This document shows, piece by piece, positions 49,558 to 58,813 of a stretch of 64,000 bases of DNA. The translations under genes and the position numbers were made by a program. The notes under the pieces were generated by a model. That model was not told the DNA's origin. It did no database searches and was given only the letters and a program-made list of their open reading frames with translations. The stretch comes from Candidatus Cloacimonadales bacterium (GTDB lineage: Bacteria; Cloacimonadota; Cloacimonadia; Cloacimonadales; JAIOQZ01), in the NCBI GenBank assembly GCA_963665815.1, contig OY762463.1, positions 3,200,001 to 3,264,000 on the forward strand, given 5' to 3'. Position 1 is the stretch's first letter. Each line of letters begins with the position of its first letter.

Positions 49558-51924
49558 ATGAAAAAGCAGATTACGATACTGATGCTCGCACTGATACCAA
49601 TAATACTGTTATGCACAACACATACAGTAAGTCTTGATGGAAGCGGGGATTTTACTGTTATTCAGCAGGCAATAGACAGCTCAGTAAATGGGGATACGGT
49701 ACTTGTTTATCCCGGGTACTATGTGGAAAATTTGAATTTTAATGACAGGAGTATAAAGCTCTATTCTCTCGAAGCATTGACCGGAGAAGACCATTACATA
49801 GCAGAGACAACAATAGACGGCGGTGGGGTAGACAAAGTAATTGAAATATGGAATCAGACTCTGATTGATGCAGAAATAAGAGGTTTTTCTATAACAAATG
49901 GTTATGGTGAAGGTATACAAGGTGGTGGTGGAATAAGAATATCAAGTAATGGTAGTATCAAGATTATTAATTGTGATATCTTTGATAATAGAATGGAATT
50001 CACAGGAGGGGGGATTTACATTGCAAGGGATGCAATTGTCGAATTTTCAGGTGTGAAAATACATGATAATTACTCAGGTACAGGAGGAGGATTAAGCTAC
50101 TATCCCAGCACAAATTCTCAGTTAATATTTTCATCAACTAACAGATGCAGTGTATATAACAATTACTCAACTTCCGGCATGGATATTTGCTTTAATATGA
50201 TACCGCATGGTTACAACGACACAACAATGATCTACCTTGATAAGTTTAGTGAGCTTGAACCAAGTTTTTATTATGCAAGTTATGATTACAGTGTAAGTAC
50301 AGATACAAGCAATCCAATGATTTTTGATATTCTTAGAGGACATAGTACACCGATTAACGCAGATTTGTATGTATCAATGTATGGAGATGATAATAACAGC
50401 GGATTGACACCTGATGATCCGAAATATTCAATTGTAGAAGCTTGCAGACTTGTTGCTTCGGACAGTCTTAATCCTAAGACAATATATCTCGAAGCTGGAG
50501 ATTACTCACCGCAACTTACAGATCGTTTTTATAGACCTGCAATGAAACAGTATTGCAGGATGAGAGGAGAGTCTTCCGAAACAACAATACTTTTTGGTGG
50601 ATTGAGAGATAAGAGCTTACTTTCAATAGCCAAGGGGGGGATCGACATAGAGATTTCAGGACTGACAATAGAAAACATAGCAGGTCGAGGTGTACATTTC
50701 GCAACAGATGAAGGGAAAAACTTCAAGATGGATGATGTTATCATTGAAAATTGCATTTCTGAGAAGTATACAGGCTTGTATATTTCGGACACAAAGAATG
50801 TAGAGATTACTAACTCTAAGTTCATTTCAAATAGTGCCGAGAAATCAGCTGCAGGGTTGTTCATAGCTGGTCATGTAGATGGATCAGGTTATATTTTGAT
50901 AGATAATTGTGAATTCGTAAATAATGTTTCAGGATATAATGATGATCATGGATTAAACAATTCATTATGGGCTGATGGTGACAGTATAATTGTTAGAAAC
51001 AGTATATTTAAGGGTAATATTGATTCCGGTCATGAGAACAGTAATGCTTTTACATTGCTTGGAAACAGCTTAAGTATCTTTGAAAATAATCTTGTAATTG
51101 ATAACCATTCGCTTGCTGGAAGTGCTGCGGGTTATGTTGAAGCTTATGCAGGTAAGGCAATAATAAGAAATAACACCTTTGCAAATAATACAATAAGCTG
51201 GCAGCAGTATCAAACTAATTTTGCAGTTTATGGTAGTGAGATCAAGGTTTACAATAATATATACAACAATCCCGGCTCAGAGTTTAACCCGGATGAATTG
51301 CTTGTTATATTCGGAGATTCCACAGATGTCCTTTCTATGCACAACAATGCATTCAGGGGTGGTGATCAAAATATCAGTGCTTATCCTCCTCATCTGGAAC
51401 ACTTGTTTAACTATGGAGAAAATAATATAGATGTTGAACCCGGTTTTGCAGGTGGAGACAGTACAGGTGTGGACTACTACAAACTTGTAGAGACAAGTCC
51501 TTGTGTAGATGCAGGAGTCGCAGCAGGCAGTAATTTTCCTTTACTGGATCTGGCAGGAAACCAGAGAATATACGGCAGTACAGTAGATATGGGCTGTTTT
51601 GAGTGGCAGCCAGTAGGTAATTTCAATCATGACCTGGGTTATAGAGAAACGAATGTAACCGCCTGCAATCAGCCAAACCCATTCAACCCTGAAACAATAA
51701 TTGAGTACAGCCTTCCGGTAGAATGTAATGTCTGTATTGAAGTGTATAACATAAAAGGGCAGAAAGTAAAGCAGCTTGTAAATGAACACAAAGAAAGCGG
51801 ACATCATACAATAAAATGGAACGGAACAGACGAAAATAATAAATACGTTGCATCCGGAGTATATTTCTATAAAGTCAAAACAGAAAAATCATCGTTAACA
51901 AATAAAATGATAATGTTGAAATAG
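49558..51924 (+). CDS. Secreted beta-helix (DUF1565 / choice-of-anchor-Q-like) protein with T9SS-type-A/FlgD-like C-terminal domain
   Basis: VSLDGSGDFTVIQQAID, LYVS..GDD.NSG, SPCVDAG...DLAGNQRIYGSTVDMGCFE, NQPNPFNPET...NIKGQKV...SGVYFYK. Confidence 0.9.
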   Translation: MKKQITILMLALIPIILLCTTHTVSLDGSGDFTVIQQAIDSSVNGDTVLVYPGYYVENLNFNDRSIKLYSLEALTGEDHYIAETTIDGGGVDKVIEIWNQTLIDAEIRGFSITNGYGEGIQGGGGIRISSNGSIKIINCDIFDNRMEFTGGGIYIARDAIVEFSGVKIHDNYSGTGGGLSYYPSTNSQLIFSSTNRCSVYNNYSTSGMDICFNMIPHGYNDTTMIYLDKFSELEPSFYYASYDYSVSTDTSNPMIFDILRGHSTPINADLYVSMYGDDNNSGLTPDDPKYSIVEACRLVASDSLNPKTIYLEAGDYSPQLTDRFYRPAMKQYCRMRGESSETTILFGGLRDKSLLSIAKGGIDIEISGLTIENIAGRGVHFATDEGKNFKMDDVIIENCISEKYTGLYISDTKNVEITNSKFISNSAEKSAAGLFIAGHVDGSGYILIDNCEFVNNVSGYNDDHGLNNSLWADGDSIIVRNSIFKGNIDSGHENSNAFTLLGNSLSIFENNLVIDNHSLAGSAAGYVEAYAGKAIIRNNTFANNTISWQQYQTNFAVYGSEIKVYNNIYNNPGSEFNPDELLVIFGDSTDVLSMHNNAFRGGDQNISAYPPHLEHLFNYGENNIDVEPGFAGGDSTGVDYYKLVETSPCVDAGVAAGSNFPLLDLAGNQRIYGSTVDMGCFEWQPVGNFNHDLGYRETNVTACNQPNPFNPETIIEYSLPVECNVCIEVYNIKGQKVKQLVNEHKESGHHTIKWNGTDENNKYVASGVYFYKVKTEKSSLTNKMIMLK

Positions 51925-52051
51925 AAACCTTCGCAATGGTTGTAAAATATTGTGTCCTATCGAATTTGTTCGATTTGGGGTGTGTAAATTTGGAAGATAA
52001 TATGCCTGAATCGAAAATCTTAGATTGTGTGTAAGCCAACTAAAAAAAATA

Positions 52052-52405
52052 CTAAACCCTGCTGAGCAATCCTTCTTTCAGATCAAGGAGAGATTCCTTA
52101 ATTTTATTCACCTTATTCTTTTGTTCGGTAGGGAAGTCTATTTCCATTTGAGGTTCATTCTTTTTATCCTTTTTCTGAGCAAGCTTTTTACGGGCACCCT
52201 CAATTGTAAATTTCTGTTCATACAGCATATATTTGATATCCTTAAGAACATCAATATCATCAGCACTGTATTTTCTGTTGCCTCCGCTGTTTTTGCGAGG
52301 TTTCAGTGTTGGGAACTCAGTTTCCCAGTAGCGAAGAACGTAAGGTTTGATTCCTATCAGATTGCTTACTTCTCCAATTGAATAATAGAATTTTTTCATA
52401 CTCAT
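52052..52405 (-). CDS. MerR-family HTH regulator
   Basis: YYSIGEVS...YVLRYWETEF..LKPRK..GGNRKY...FTIEGARK. Confidence 0.92.
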   Translation of the reverse strand: MSMKKFYYSIGEVSNLIGIKPYVLRYWETEFPTLKPRKNSGGNRKYSADDIDVLKDIKYMLYEQKFTIEGARKKLAQKKDKKNEPQMEIDFPTEQKNKVNKIKESLLDLKEGLLSRV

Positions 52406-53937
52406 AACCGTGAATAAAGGAATATTTTGGAACCAATTGCTACAATAACCAGTAATGCAGTCAACAGGAAATTTATCAGAGGCAGCCAGTGCCCATATTT
52501 GTTATAGAAAGTTGTGCCTGCATAATCATAGACAAACGTATTAAATCTTTCCATTTTCATAATTTTTGATCTATGCAAATAACGTCCACGAGGATCAACA
52601 CTTAGGGATATACCTGTATTAGCAGACCGTACAATCTGAATTCTAGACTCAATGGCTCGGAATCTTGCCATATCTGCATGCTGGAAAGTACCTGGAGATT
52701 TTTTGAACCAGGCGTCATTCGAGATATTAACAACGAAATCGGCATGTGCAATTCTTCTGAAAACAGACGGGAAAGCAATCTCATAGCAGATGATCGGAGA
52801 GTATGATGTTTCTCGTACTCTGTAAGTCTCAAACTCAGTTCCCGGTCTGAAATTTGCCTGTCCGAAATCAAGCGACCAGAGGAATGGGAACAGGCTCAAA
52901 AAAGGCATTCTTTCACCGAATGGAACTAACATGTTTTTATAATATGCTTTCTGTACATCTCCCTTTGAAGTTATCTGTGTGGCAGAATTAAAATAGTCGT
53001 ATCTATTATGTTCGCCGTCTTTTCTCAGCTTGAAGTGCTGAAATCCAATAAGGATATTAGCTTTTTCCTCGGCAGCTATTCTCTTGGTAAATTTCAGTGC
53101 AGATTGATTGTACATAAGAGCAACAGGAAGTGAAGATTCACTCCAGATCAACAGATCTGATTTCATTTTTTTAGAGAGATTCTCGTAGCGTGCGAATGTA
53201 GAATCCTCAAAAGATGCTTCCCATTTCAAATGCTGCGGAATATTAGCCTGTACAACACCAACTGTGAGATCTTTCTTTTGCAGATCTATCGTATTGACTC
53301 TTACAGCTCCGTAAATCATCCATACAAGTAAAACTCCCAGGCACAGATACAGGTAATTTTTTTCACCGTAGAGGAATTTGAACAGCCAGTAATTGATCAG
53401 GAGAATCATGATTGTAACCAGAGGAAGTCCTCCAATATCAAGGATCTGAAGCATCCAGTTGTAATTATGCAGTGAATATCCTATATTGAACCATGGGAAA
53501 CGGAATTCTCCAAAGTTCTGTAGATACTCAAATGATAACCACAGCATGAGAAAACCAATAATCTTGAGAGCCGGAAATTCCTTTCTTACAGCCATATTAA
53601 CAAGAAACAAAATAGTGAAGTAGGCTGAAAACAAGACGATCAATGCTATGAGCACACCAAATCCGGTAAAAAAAGACAATACTCCACTGCTGCTTATAGA
53701 TGTGAGCTGTGTTGGAGCAAGGCAAATCCATTGCAATCCTGCTAAAGTATAGGTGATACTAAAGTAGATTGATCCAATAATTACATTTCTTTTCTTTAAA
53801 TCTTCCTGCGAGTAGATAAAAATTGGAATAAAAGCAAAGAATACAAGAAATCCAAGATGAATTGGAAGTCTGCTTATACCCAGCATCAAACCGGCTGAAA
53901 TCGGTTTAACATAGGATACTCTGCTTTGTCCTTTCAA
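52402..53937 (-). CDS. lnt: Apolipoprotein N-acyltransferase
   Basis: FPWFNIGY, QANIPQ, WSES, KNMLVPFGE, ICYEIAF, SNDAWF, RAIE, RSANTGIS. Confidence 0.95.
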   Translation of the reverse strand: MKGQSRVSYVKPISAGLMLGISRLPIHLGFLVFFAFIPIFIYSQEDLKKRNVIIGSIYFSITYTLAGLQWICLAPTQLTSISSSGVLSFFTGFGVLIALIVLFSAYFTILFLVNMAVRKEFPALKIIGFLMLWLSFEYLQNFGEFRFPWFNIGYSLHNYNWMLQILDIGGLPLVTIMILLINYWLFKFLYGEKNYLYLCLGVLLVWMIYGAVRVNTIDLQKKDLTVGVVQANIPQHLKWEASFEDSTFARYENLSKKMKSDLLIWSESSLPVALMYNQSALKFTKRIAAEEKANILIGFQHFKLRKDGEHNRYDYFNSATQITSKGDVQKAYYKNMLVPFGERMPFLSLFPFLWSLDFGQANFRPGTEFETYRVRETSYSPIICYEIAFPSVFRRIAHADFVVNISNDAWFKKSPGTFQHADMARFRAIESRIQIVRSANTGISLSVDPRGRYLHRSKIMKMERFNTFVYDYAGTTFYNKYGHWLPLINFLLTALLVIVAIGSKIFLYSRL

Positions 53938-54758
53938 TTATTTACCTCTTCTGTTTTTGGGATTAACACAATAATTCTACTATCAGTGCTTTTTATAACA
54001 AATTCACCTGAAACGTCAACTTTGTTTTCATCCCAGATGATTTTTTTTGTTTTATCATTGTTAACCTGAGTGATCAATTTTGACAGAGAAAAGCTTGTTT
54101 CATTGAACTGAAAACAGAAATAATCCTGAGTTTCCGAGAAATTCCCGAGATCAGAGTATGTAAGAGTCTTATTATCCTCTCTACTATATAGATATATCCA
54201 TTTATCAGTAGAGTACAGCTTATGTGGTTTTATGTCGAAAATTTTATCCAGAACCTGAGTTTCTCCTGAAGCAGACGGACTCAACTGAATAAGCTCTTTT
54301 GTTCCGTCATCAAAGATAATCCAGTTATTCTCATCGAGGACAGTTATAAGCATCGGGTTGCTGCAGTTAGAAAGCGATATACTCCCAAGGTACTCTCCTT
54401 CAGATGAATACTGTTTTATCTTTTTCTGAAAAGAATCCAGAGCAAGCAGGTGATTATCATGCGATAATGATATATCTGTCAGATTATTAAACTGATTGTC
54501 TCCGAACCCAATACCACCTATAGTGTTGATCTTTTTGTTATCATCTGTATTAAATATATCAATTTTAAATGCGGTCTTATTCAGGCAGTATAGTCTTTTC
54601 TTTTCTCTCTGAAGAAGATATTTATCGTAAGTTCCTGATACAGATATTGTATCTACAGGAGTAAGTTCTGTTCTTGCATGCTGAAAATCCTGTGAATTAA
54701 TGAAAGTACAGGATACTGCAATCAGGCAGCATACAATAATAAAACTATTTCTTAACAA
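53934..54758 (-). CDS. Lipoprotein with NHL/beta-propeller-like repeats
   Basis: AVSC lipobox; GGIGFGDNQFNNLTDISL...ALDS. Confidence 0.65.
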   Translation of the reverse strand: MLRNSFIIVCCLIAVSCTFINSQDFQHARTELTPVDTISVSGTYDKYLLQREKKRLYCLNKTAFKIDIFNTDDNKKINTIGGIGFGDNQFNNLTDISLSHDNHLLALDSFQKKIKQYSSEGEYLGSISLSNCSNPMLITVLDENNWIIFDDGTKELIQLSPSASGETQVLDKIFDIKPHKLYSTDKWIYLYSREDNKTLTYSDLGNFSETQDYFCFQFNETSFSLSKLITQVNNDKTKKIIWDENKVDVSGEFVIKSTDSRIIVLIPKTEEVNN

Positions 54759-56466
54759 ATCTTATATCCTTGAGTTTCCCTTGTATGGTAATCTTGTTCT
54801 GCCAGGTATTCCATTCAAGAGAATAGGCTATATCAATCCTTGTATTCTTCTTCAGCAGAGGCTGTAAATGCCCCATGTTGAAGCCAATAAGATCAAGATA
54901 ACAACCGTCTTTCTGCACTTTCATCTTAAGATGATTCCTGCCAACAACGTAAGGATAGTTAGTTATAATCACTTTTTCAGTATAAAAAACTGGTCTCATG
55001 TTTCCCGGACCGAAAGGAGCGAATTTCTCCAGCCAGGAAATAAGAGAATTGTGGATATCATAAAGTTCAATATTATGGTCAACATTCAGTGGTGGAATCA
55101 GTTGGTAAGATTGTATATGTTCTTTAACATAAGCATTCATTTTATCTTCGAGAATATCCAGATATTCTACAAGTACAGATAACCCGGCAGCGTATTTATG
55201 GCCACCAAAGCTTTCCAGCATATCTTCTACTTCCGTAAGGGCTTCAAACAGATTGAAATCAGCAATGCTTCGACCGGAACCGGATCCTATACCTTCATTC
55301 AGAGCAATCATTATTGTCGGTCTGTAGTATTTTTCTACAAGTTTTGATGCAACAATTCCGATAACACCCGGATGCCAGTTCTCTGAAGCCACAACAATAC
55401 AGTATACTTCATCAAGATTAGGGTATTTGTCTTCGATCAGTCTGCATGCTTCTCTGTAGGTTTTCTGGTCAATTTCCTGCCTGACAGAATTCTCTTTTTC
55501 GATAATCAGAGCAAGCTCGTGACTATCTTTAATGTCTTCTGATGTCAGCAGTTCAACAGCTCTCATGGCAGATCCCATTCTTCCGGCTGCATTAATTCTG
55601 GGAGCCAGTCCGAAAACAATATCTGTAGTATTCAGGGCTTTATTGGACGTACCTGAGATGCTGATCAACGCAGAAAGTCCAAGATTTTTCTTTTTATAGA
55701 GATGTTCCAGTCCAATCCCGGCAAAGATTCTGTTTTCTCCGATGAGAGGGACAATATCAGCTATTGTTCCAACTGCAACCAGGTCGAGAAATCTGAATAT
55801 TTCCGACTCAGTATATTTTCCTACTTTCTGATAAACAGCCATGAGCAGTTTATAAGCCACTCCAACACCTGCAAGATCCTTAAATGGATATTTACAATCA
55901 GGCATTTTCGGGTTAATAATTGCAAAAGCATCTGGAATTTCATCTTTTGGATTGTGATGATCAGTGATAATCATCTGCATTCCGAGTTCATTTACAACAG
56001 AAACTTCATCCATGGCGTTAATTCCGCAGTCAACACTGATAATCAGTCTTGTTCCGGAATCCAGCAGCTGCTGTACTCCGCCTCTGGAAAGTCCGTACCC
56101 TTCAATCATCCTATGGGGAATGTAATAATCTACTATTGCGTTAATTCTCTGTAAACCGAGATAAAGCAATGCAGTTGATGTTGTACCGTCAACATCGTAG
56201 TCTCCATAGATGGTGATTTTCTCGTTATTTTGAATAGCTTCAACGATTCTGTTACAGGCTTTATCCATATCTTTAAAAAGAAATGGATCATGCACATCCT
56301 CAATAGATGGATTGAAGAAAGAATCAATCTCATTGAGATCTGTAATGCCTTTTCGGATAAGGATTTCTGCAACAATCTCCGGGCACTTCAATTCTGATGA
56401 AATACGTGTTTTTAACAGAGTCTGCTCCTCGTTAAGCTGACCTGTTTTGTGCCACCTTTTTTTCAT
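54745..56466 (-). CDS. recJ: Single-stranded-DNA exonuclease RecJ
   Basis: YGDYDVDG, EGYGL, VDCG, TDHH, GTIADIVPL, PRINAAGR, GSGRS, GGHKYAAG; start placed at MKKRW. Confidence 0.97.
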   Translation of the reverse strand: MKKRWHKTGQLNEEQTLLKTRISSELKCPEIVAEILIRKGITDLNEIDSFFNPSIEDVHDPFLFKDMDKACNRIVEAIQNNEKITIYGDYDVDGTTSTALLYLGLQRINAIVDYYIPHRMIEGYGLSRGGVQQLLDSGTRLIISVDCGINAMDEVSVVNELGMQMIITDHHNPKDEIPDAFAIINPKMPDCKYPFKDLAGVGVAYKLLMAVYQKVGKYTESEIFRFLDLVAVGTIADIVPLIGENRIFAGIGLEHLYKKKNLGLSALISISGTSNKALNTTDIVFGLAPRINAAGRMGSAMRAVELLTSEDIKDSHELALIIEKENSVRQEIDQKTYREACRLIEDKYPNLDEVYCIVVASENWHPGVIGIVASKLVEKYYRPTIMIALNEGIGSGSGRSIADFNLFEALTEVEDMLESFGGHKYAAGLSVLVEYLDILEDKMNAYVKEHIQSYQLIPPLNVDHNIELYDIHNSLISWLEKFAPFGPGNMRPVFYTEKVIITNYPYVVGRNHLKMKVQKDGCYLDLIGFNMGHLQPLLKKNTRIDIAYSLEWNTWQNKITIQGKLKDIRFVKK

Positions 56467-56511
56467 ATTTACCTTTATAGTTCTTTTTTTTAAAATCAAA
56501 TAAATAAGTGC

Positions 56512-56896
56512 CGGAGAAGCTGATAAGCCGAATTCTGTGCATCACGTAACAGGTGATGCAATGTCAATTTAACTTCACCGTATATTGCTATTCTCTACTG
56601 AGATCTGTAAAAGAACGGCTGTAGCTGCCTACCCGGGAACATACAGACTGGCAGCCTGTTATCGCAAGGATCGTTCCCCTATTTGGCATTGCACCGGATA
56701 AGGCTTTCCTGGCATATCGGTTCACACCAATATCCGGTAGTCTCTTACACTACCATTTCACCCTTACTTCCGCAGAACGGAAGCGGTTTGTTTCTGTGGA
56801 GCTGGCTTCCTGTCACCAGGACTTTCCGTTAGAAAGTATCCTGCCATATGGTGTTCGGACTTTCCTCCCATCAGGGCTGACATTCCAGCTTCTCCG
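56512..56896 (-). ncRNA. rnpB: RNase P RNA (type A-like)
   Basis: Minus strand reads GAGGAAAGTCCG...ACAGAAA...AAGGGTGAAA...GTAAGAG...ACAGAATTCGGCTTAT; P1 helix CGGAGAAGCTG/CAGCTTCTCCG. Confidence 0.95.
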
Positions 56897-56900
56897 AAAA

Positions 56901-57611
56901 TTAATCTTTTGTATCTTTAACCAGGATTCTTCCGCAGTTTTCGCAGCTGATAATTTTATTGCCTTTACTTACTTCAATTGCAAGTTGCGGTCTTATTTTA
57001 AATCCACAACCTTCACATGCATCATTACTGGCAAAAACAACTGCTTTTCTGTTCTTATTCTTTATAAGAAGTACATATCTCTTAATCAATTGACGCGGAA
57101 GCGCTTTTGCTATATCATTTCTATCTTGTTTGAGTTTTTCAATTTCCTGATTAACTTTTTCTATCTTCTTGTTGAGCTTGTCTTCATTGGCATTAAGTTC
57201 TTTTTCAGCATTTTTTACAGATGTATCAGCATCAGTTAAGTTACCTCTCAGCGATGCTTCTATCTCCATAAGCTGAATCTGTTCATCATCAATCTTTTTG
57301 TTAGCTTCTTTAAGGTGATTGATTTCACTATGAAGAGCTTTATATTCTTTATTGGTTTTTATAGCCAGAAGCTGGTTCTCATATTTAGCCATAGTGTCTT
57401 TATTGGCCTTGATTTCAAGTTCTTTGGCTTTTTGAGTTTTCTGATTTTCAAGAAGAGCATTATGTGCTTCCTCATATGCTTCTTTTGTAGATTTTACCTG
57501 TTCATGAAGACTGTCGAGTTCTTCAGGTAATTTCTTCTTATCAACTTCACGGATACCTATCTGATCATCAATTTCCTGCATTTTGACGAGTGTCGATAAA
57601 TTCGAATTCAT
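56901..57611 (-). CDS. Coiled-coil protein with C4 zinc ribbon (DUF164)
   Basis: Q.ID..I, KTNKEYKAL..EI, ACEGCGF.I.PQ...CENCGRIL. Confidence 0.92.
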   Translation of the reverse strand: MNSNLSTLVKMQEIDDQIGIREVDKKKLPEELDSLHEQVKSTKEAYEEAHNALLENQKTQKAKELEIKANKDTMAKYENQLLAIKTNKEYKALHSEINHLKEANKKIDDEQIQLMEIEASLRGNLTDADTSVKNAEKELNANEDKLNKKIEKVNQEIEKLKQDRNDIAKALPRQLIKRYVLLIKNKNRKAVVFASNDACEGCGFKIRPQLAIEVSKGNKIISCENCGRILVKDTKD

Positions 57612-57618
57612 TTTAAAT

Positions 57619-58446
57619 TTACTCCTTAACCAATAAACTGAGATCTAGTGACTTATATGAGTGTGTCAGTGCTCCGGAAGATATGAAATGAACTCCTGTT
57701 TCTGCTACCGATCCGATAGTCTCAAGGGTAATATTTCCTGATGCTTCCAACTCAACTCTCTGCCCATACTGTTCTACAGCCTGACTCATATCTTCAAGCG
57801 ACATGTTATCTAACAGGATTCTGTCTGCTCCTGCCAGTACAGCCTCTTCAAGCTCATCTAAGTTTGTTACTTCTACTTCAATTTTATATGTTGAATTTTT
57901 GTGTTTAATTTTAATTATACTGTCTGTTATTGAACCTACTGATCTGATATGGTTTTCTTTTATCATAACCATATCGTACAAACCGAATCTGTGGTTATAT
58001 CCACCACCTGTTCGAACTGCGTACTTTTCAAAATATCTTAATAATGGTGTTGTTTTACGAGTATCAAGCAGCTTAGCTTCCGTATTTTTAATTTCTTCCA
58101 CATATCTTCCGGTCATTGTGGATATACCGCTTAATCTCTGCATGAAGTTTAATGCTACTCTTTCTGCTTTTAATATTGATTGTCCCATTCCTGAAATCTT
58201 CAGAACATCATCGCCCTTCAGAACTCTGTCTCCATCCTTCCTGTAGGCCACAAGATGTATTTCAGGATCAATCATTCTGAATATTTCTTTAGCGACTTCG
58301 ATACCACAGAGTATGCCGTCTTCCTTGGCAATTATGTATGCATTTACACTTTTGTGACCCAGATCAAGATAATCTGTCGTAATATCACCTGTACCAATAT
58401 CTTCCAGTAACGCCTGTTTTATTTTTTCTTTTATAATCATATCCAT
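57619..58446 (-). CDS. nadC: Nicotinate-nucleotide pyrophosphorylase (QAPRTase)
   Basis: EDIGTGDIT, ERVALN, LDTRKTTP, NHRFGLYD, IKENH, EVEV, LLDNM, EASGNI. Confidence 0.97.
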   Translation of the reverse strand: MDMIIKEKIKQALLEDIGTGDITTDYLDLGHKSVNAYIIAKEDGILCGIEVAKEIFRMIDPEIHLVAYRKDGDRVLKGDDVLKISGMGQSILKAERVALNFMQRLSGISTMTGRYVEEIKNTEAKLLDTRKTTPLLRYFEKYAVRTGGGYNHRFGLYDMVMIKENHIRSVGSITDSIIKIKHKNSTYKIEVEVTNLDELEEAVLAGADRILLDNMSLEDMSQAVEQYGQRVELEASGNITLETIGSVAETGVHFISSGALTHSYKSLDLSLLVKE

Positions 58447-58473
58447 TTATGAGCCTTTCGATGCGATTTTAAA

Positions 58474-58506
58474 TAAAAAAAGCATTTGTTAAACCAACAA
58501 ATGCTT
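58474..58506 (-). terminator. Terminator-like hairpin in the nadC leader
   Basis: Minus strand AAGCATTTGTT-GGTTT-AACAAATGCTT followed by a T run. Confidence 0.55.
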
Positions 58507-58813
58507 GTGTTTATATAATTTTGAATAATTTTCACTTTTAAATTCGAGTATTCTTATTCGCATCACTTTATTTCTCCTCTTTTGCATTTTTTATATTTTG
58601 TGTATATTGTCAATGAATATTTACTTTTTAAAACATTTAAATATCAAGCGGTTGTACAACATGATTTTATAGACTGAGAATGTTTAAAAACAATTCATTA
58701 CATACTCTGAAAATGTCAGGGAAACAAGATACTGAACTACTAATTCAACAAATTTGTTGACTTAATGAACATTATCTTTGCAAATTGTCGAAAAATCATG
58801 TAAGGGGTGAACA

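Noticed and set aside
56796-57239. 147-aa plus-strand ORF
   Set aside because: Antisense to rnpB and the DUF164 gene; shadow ORF
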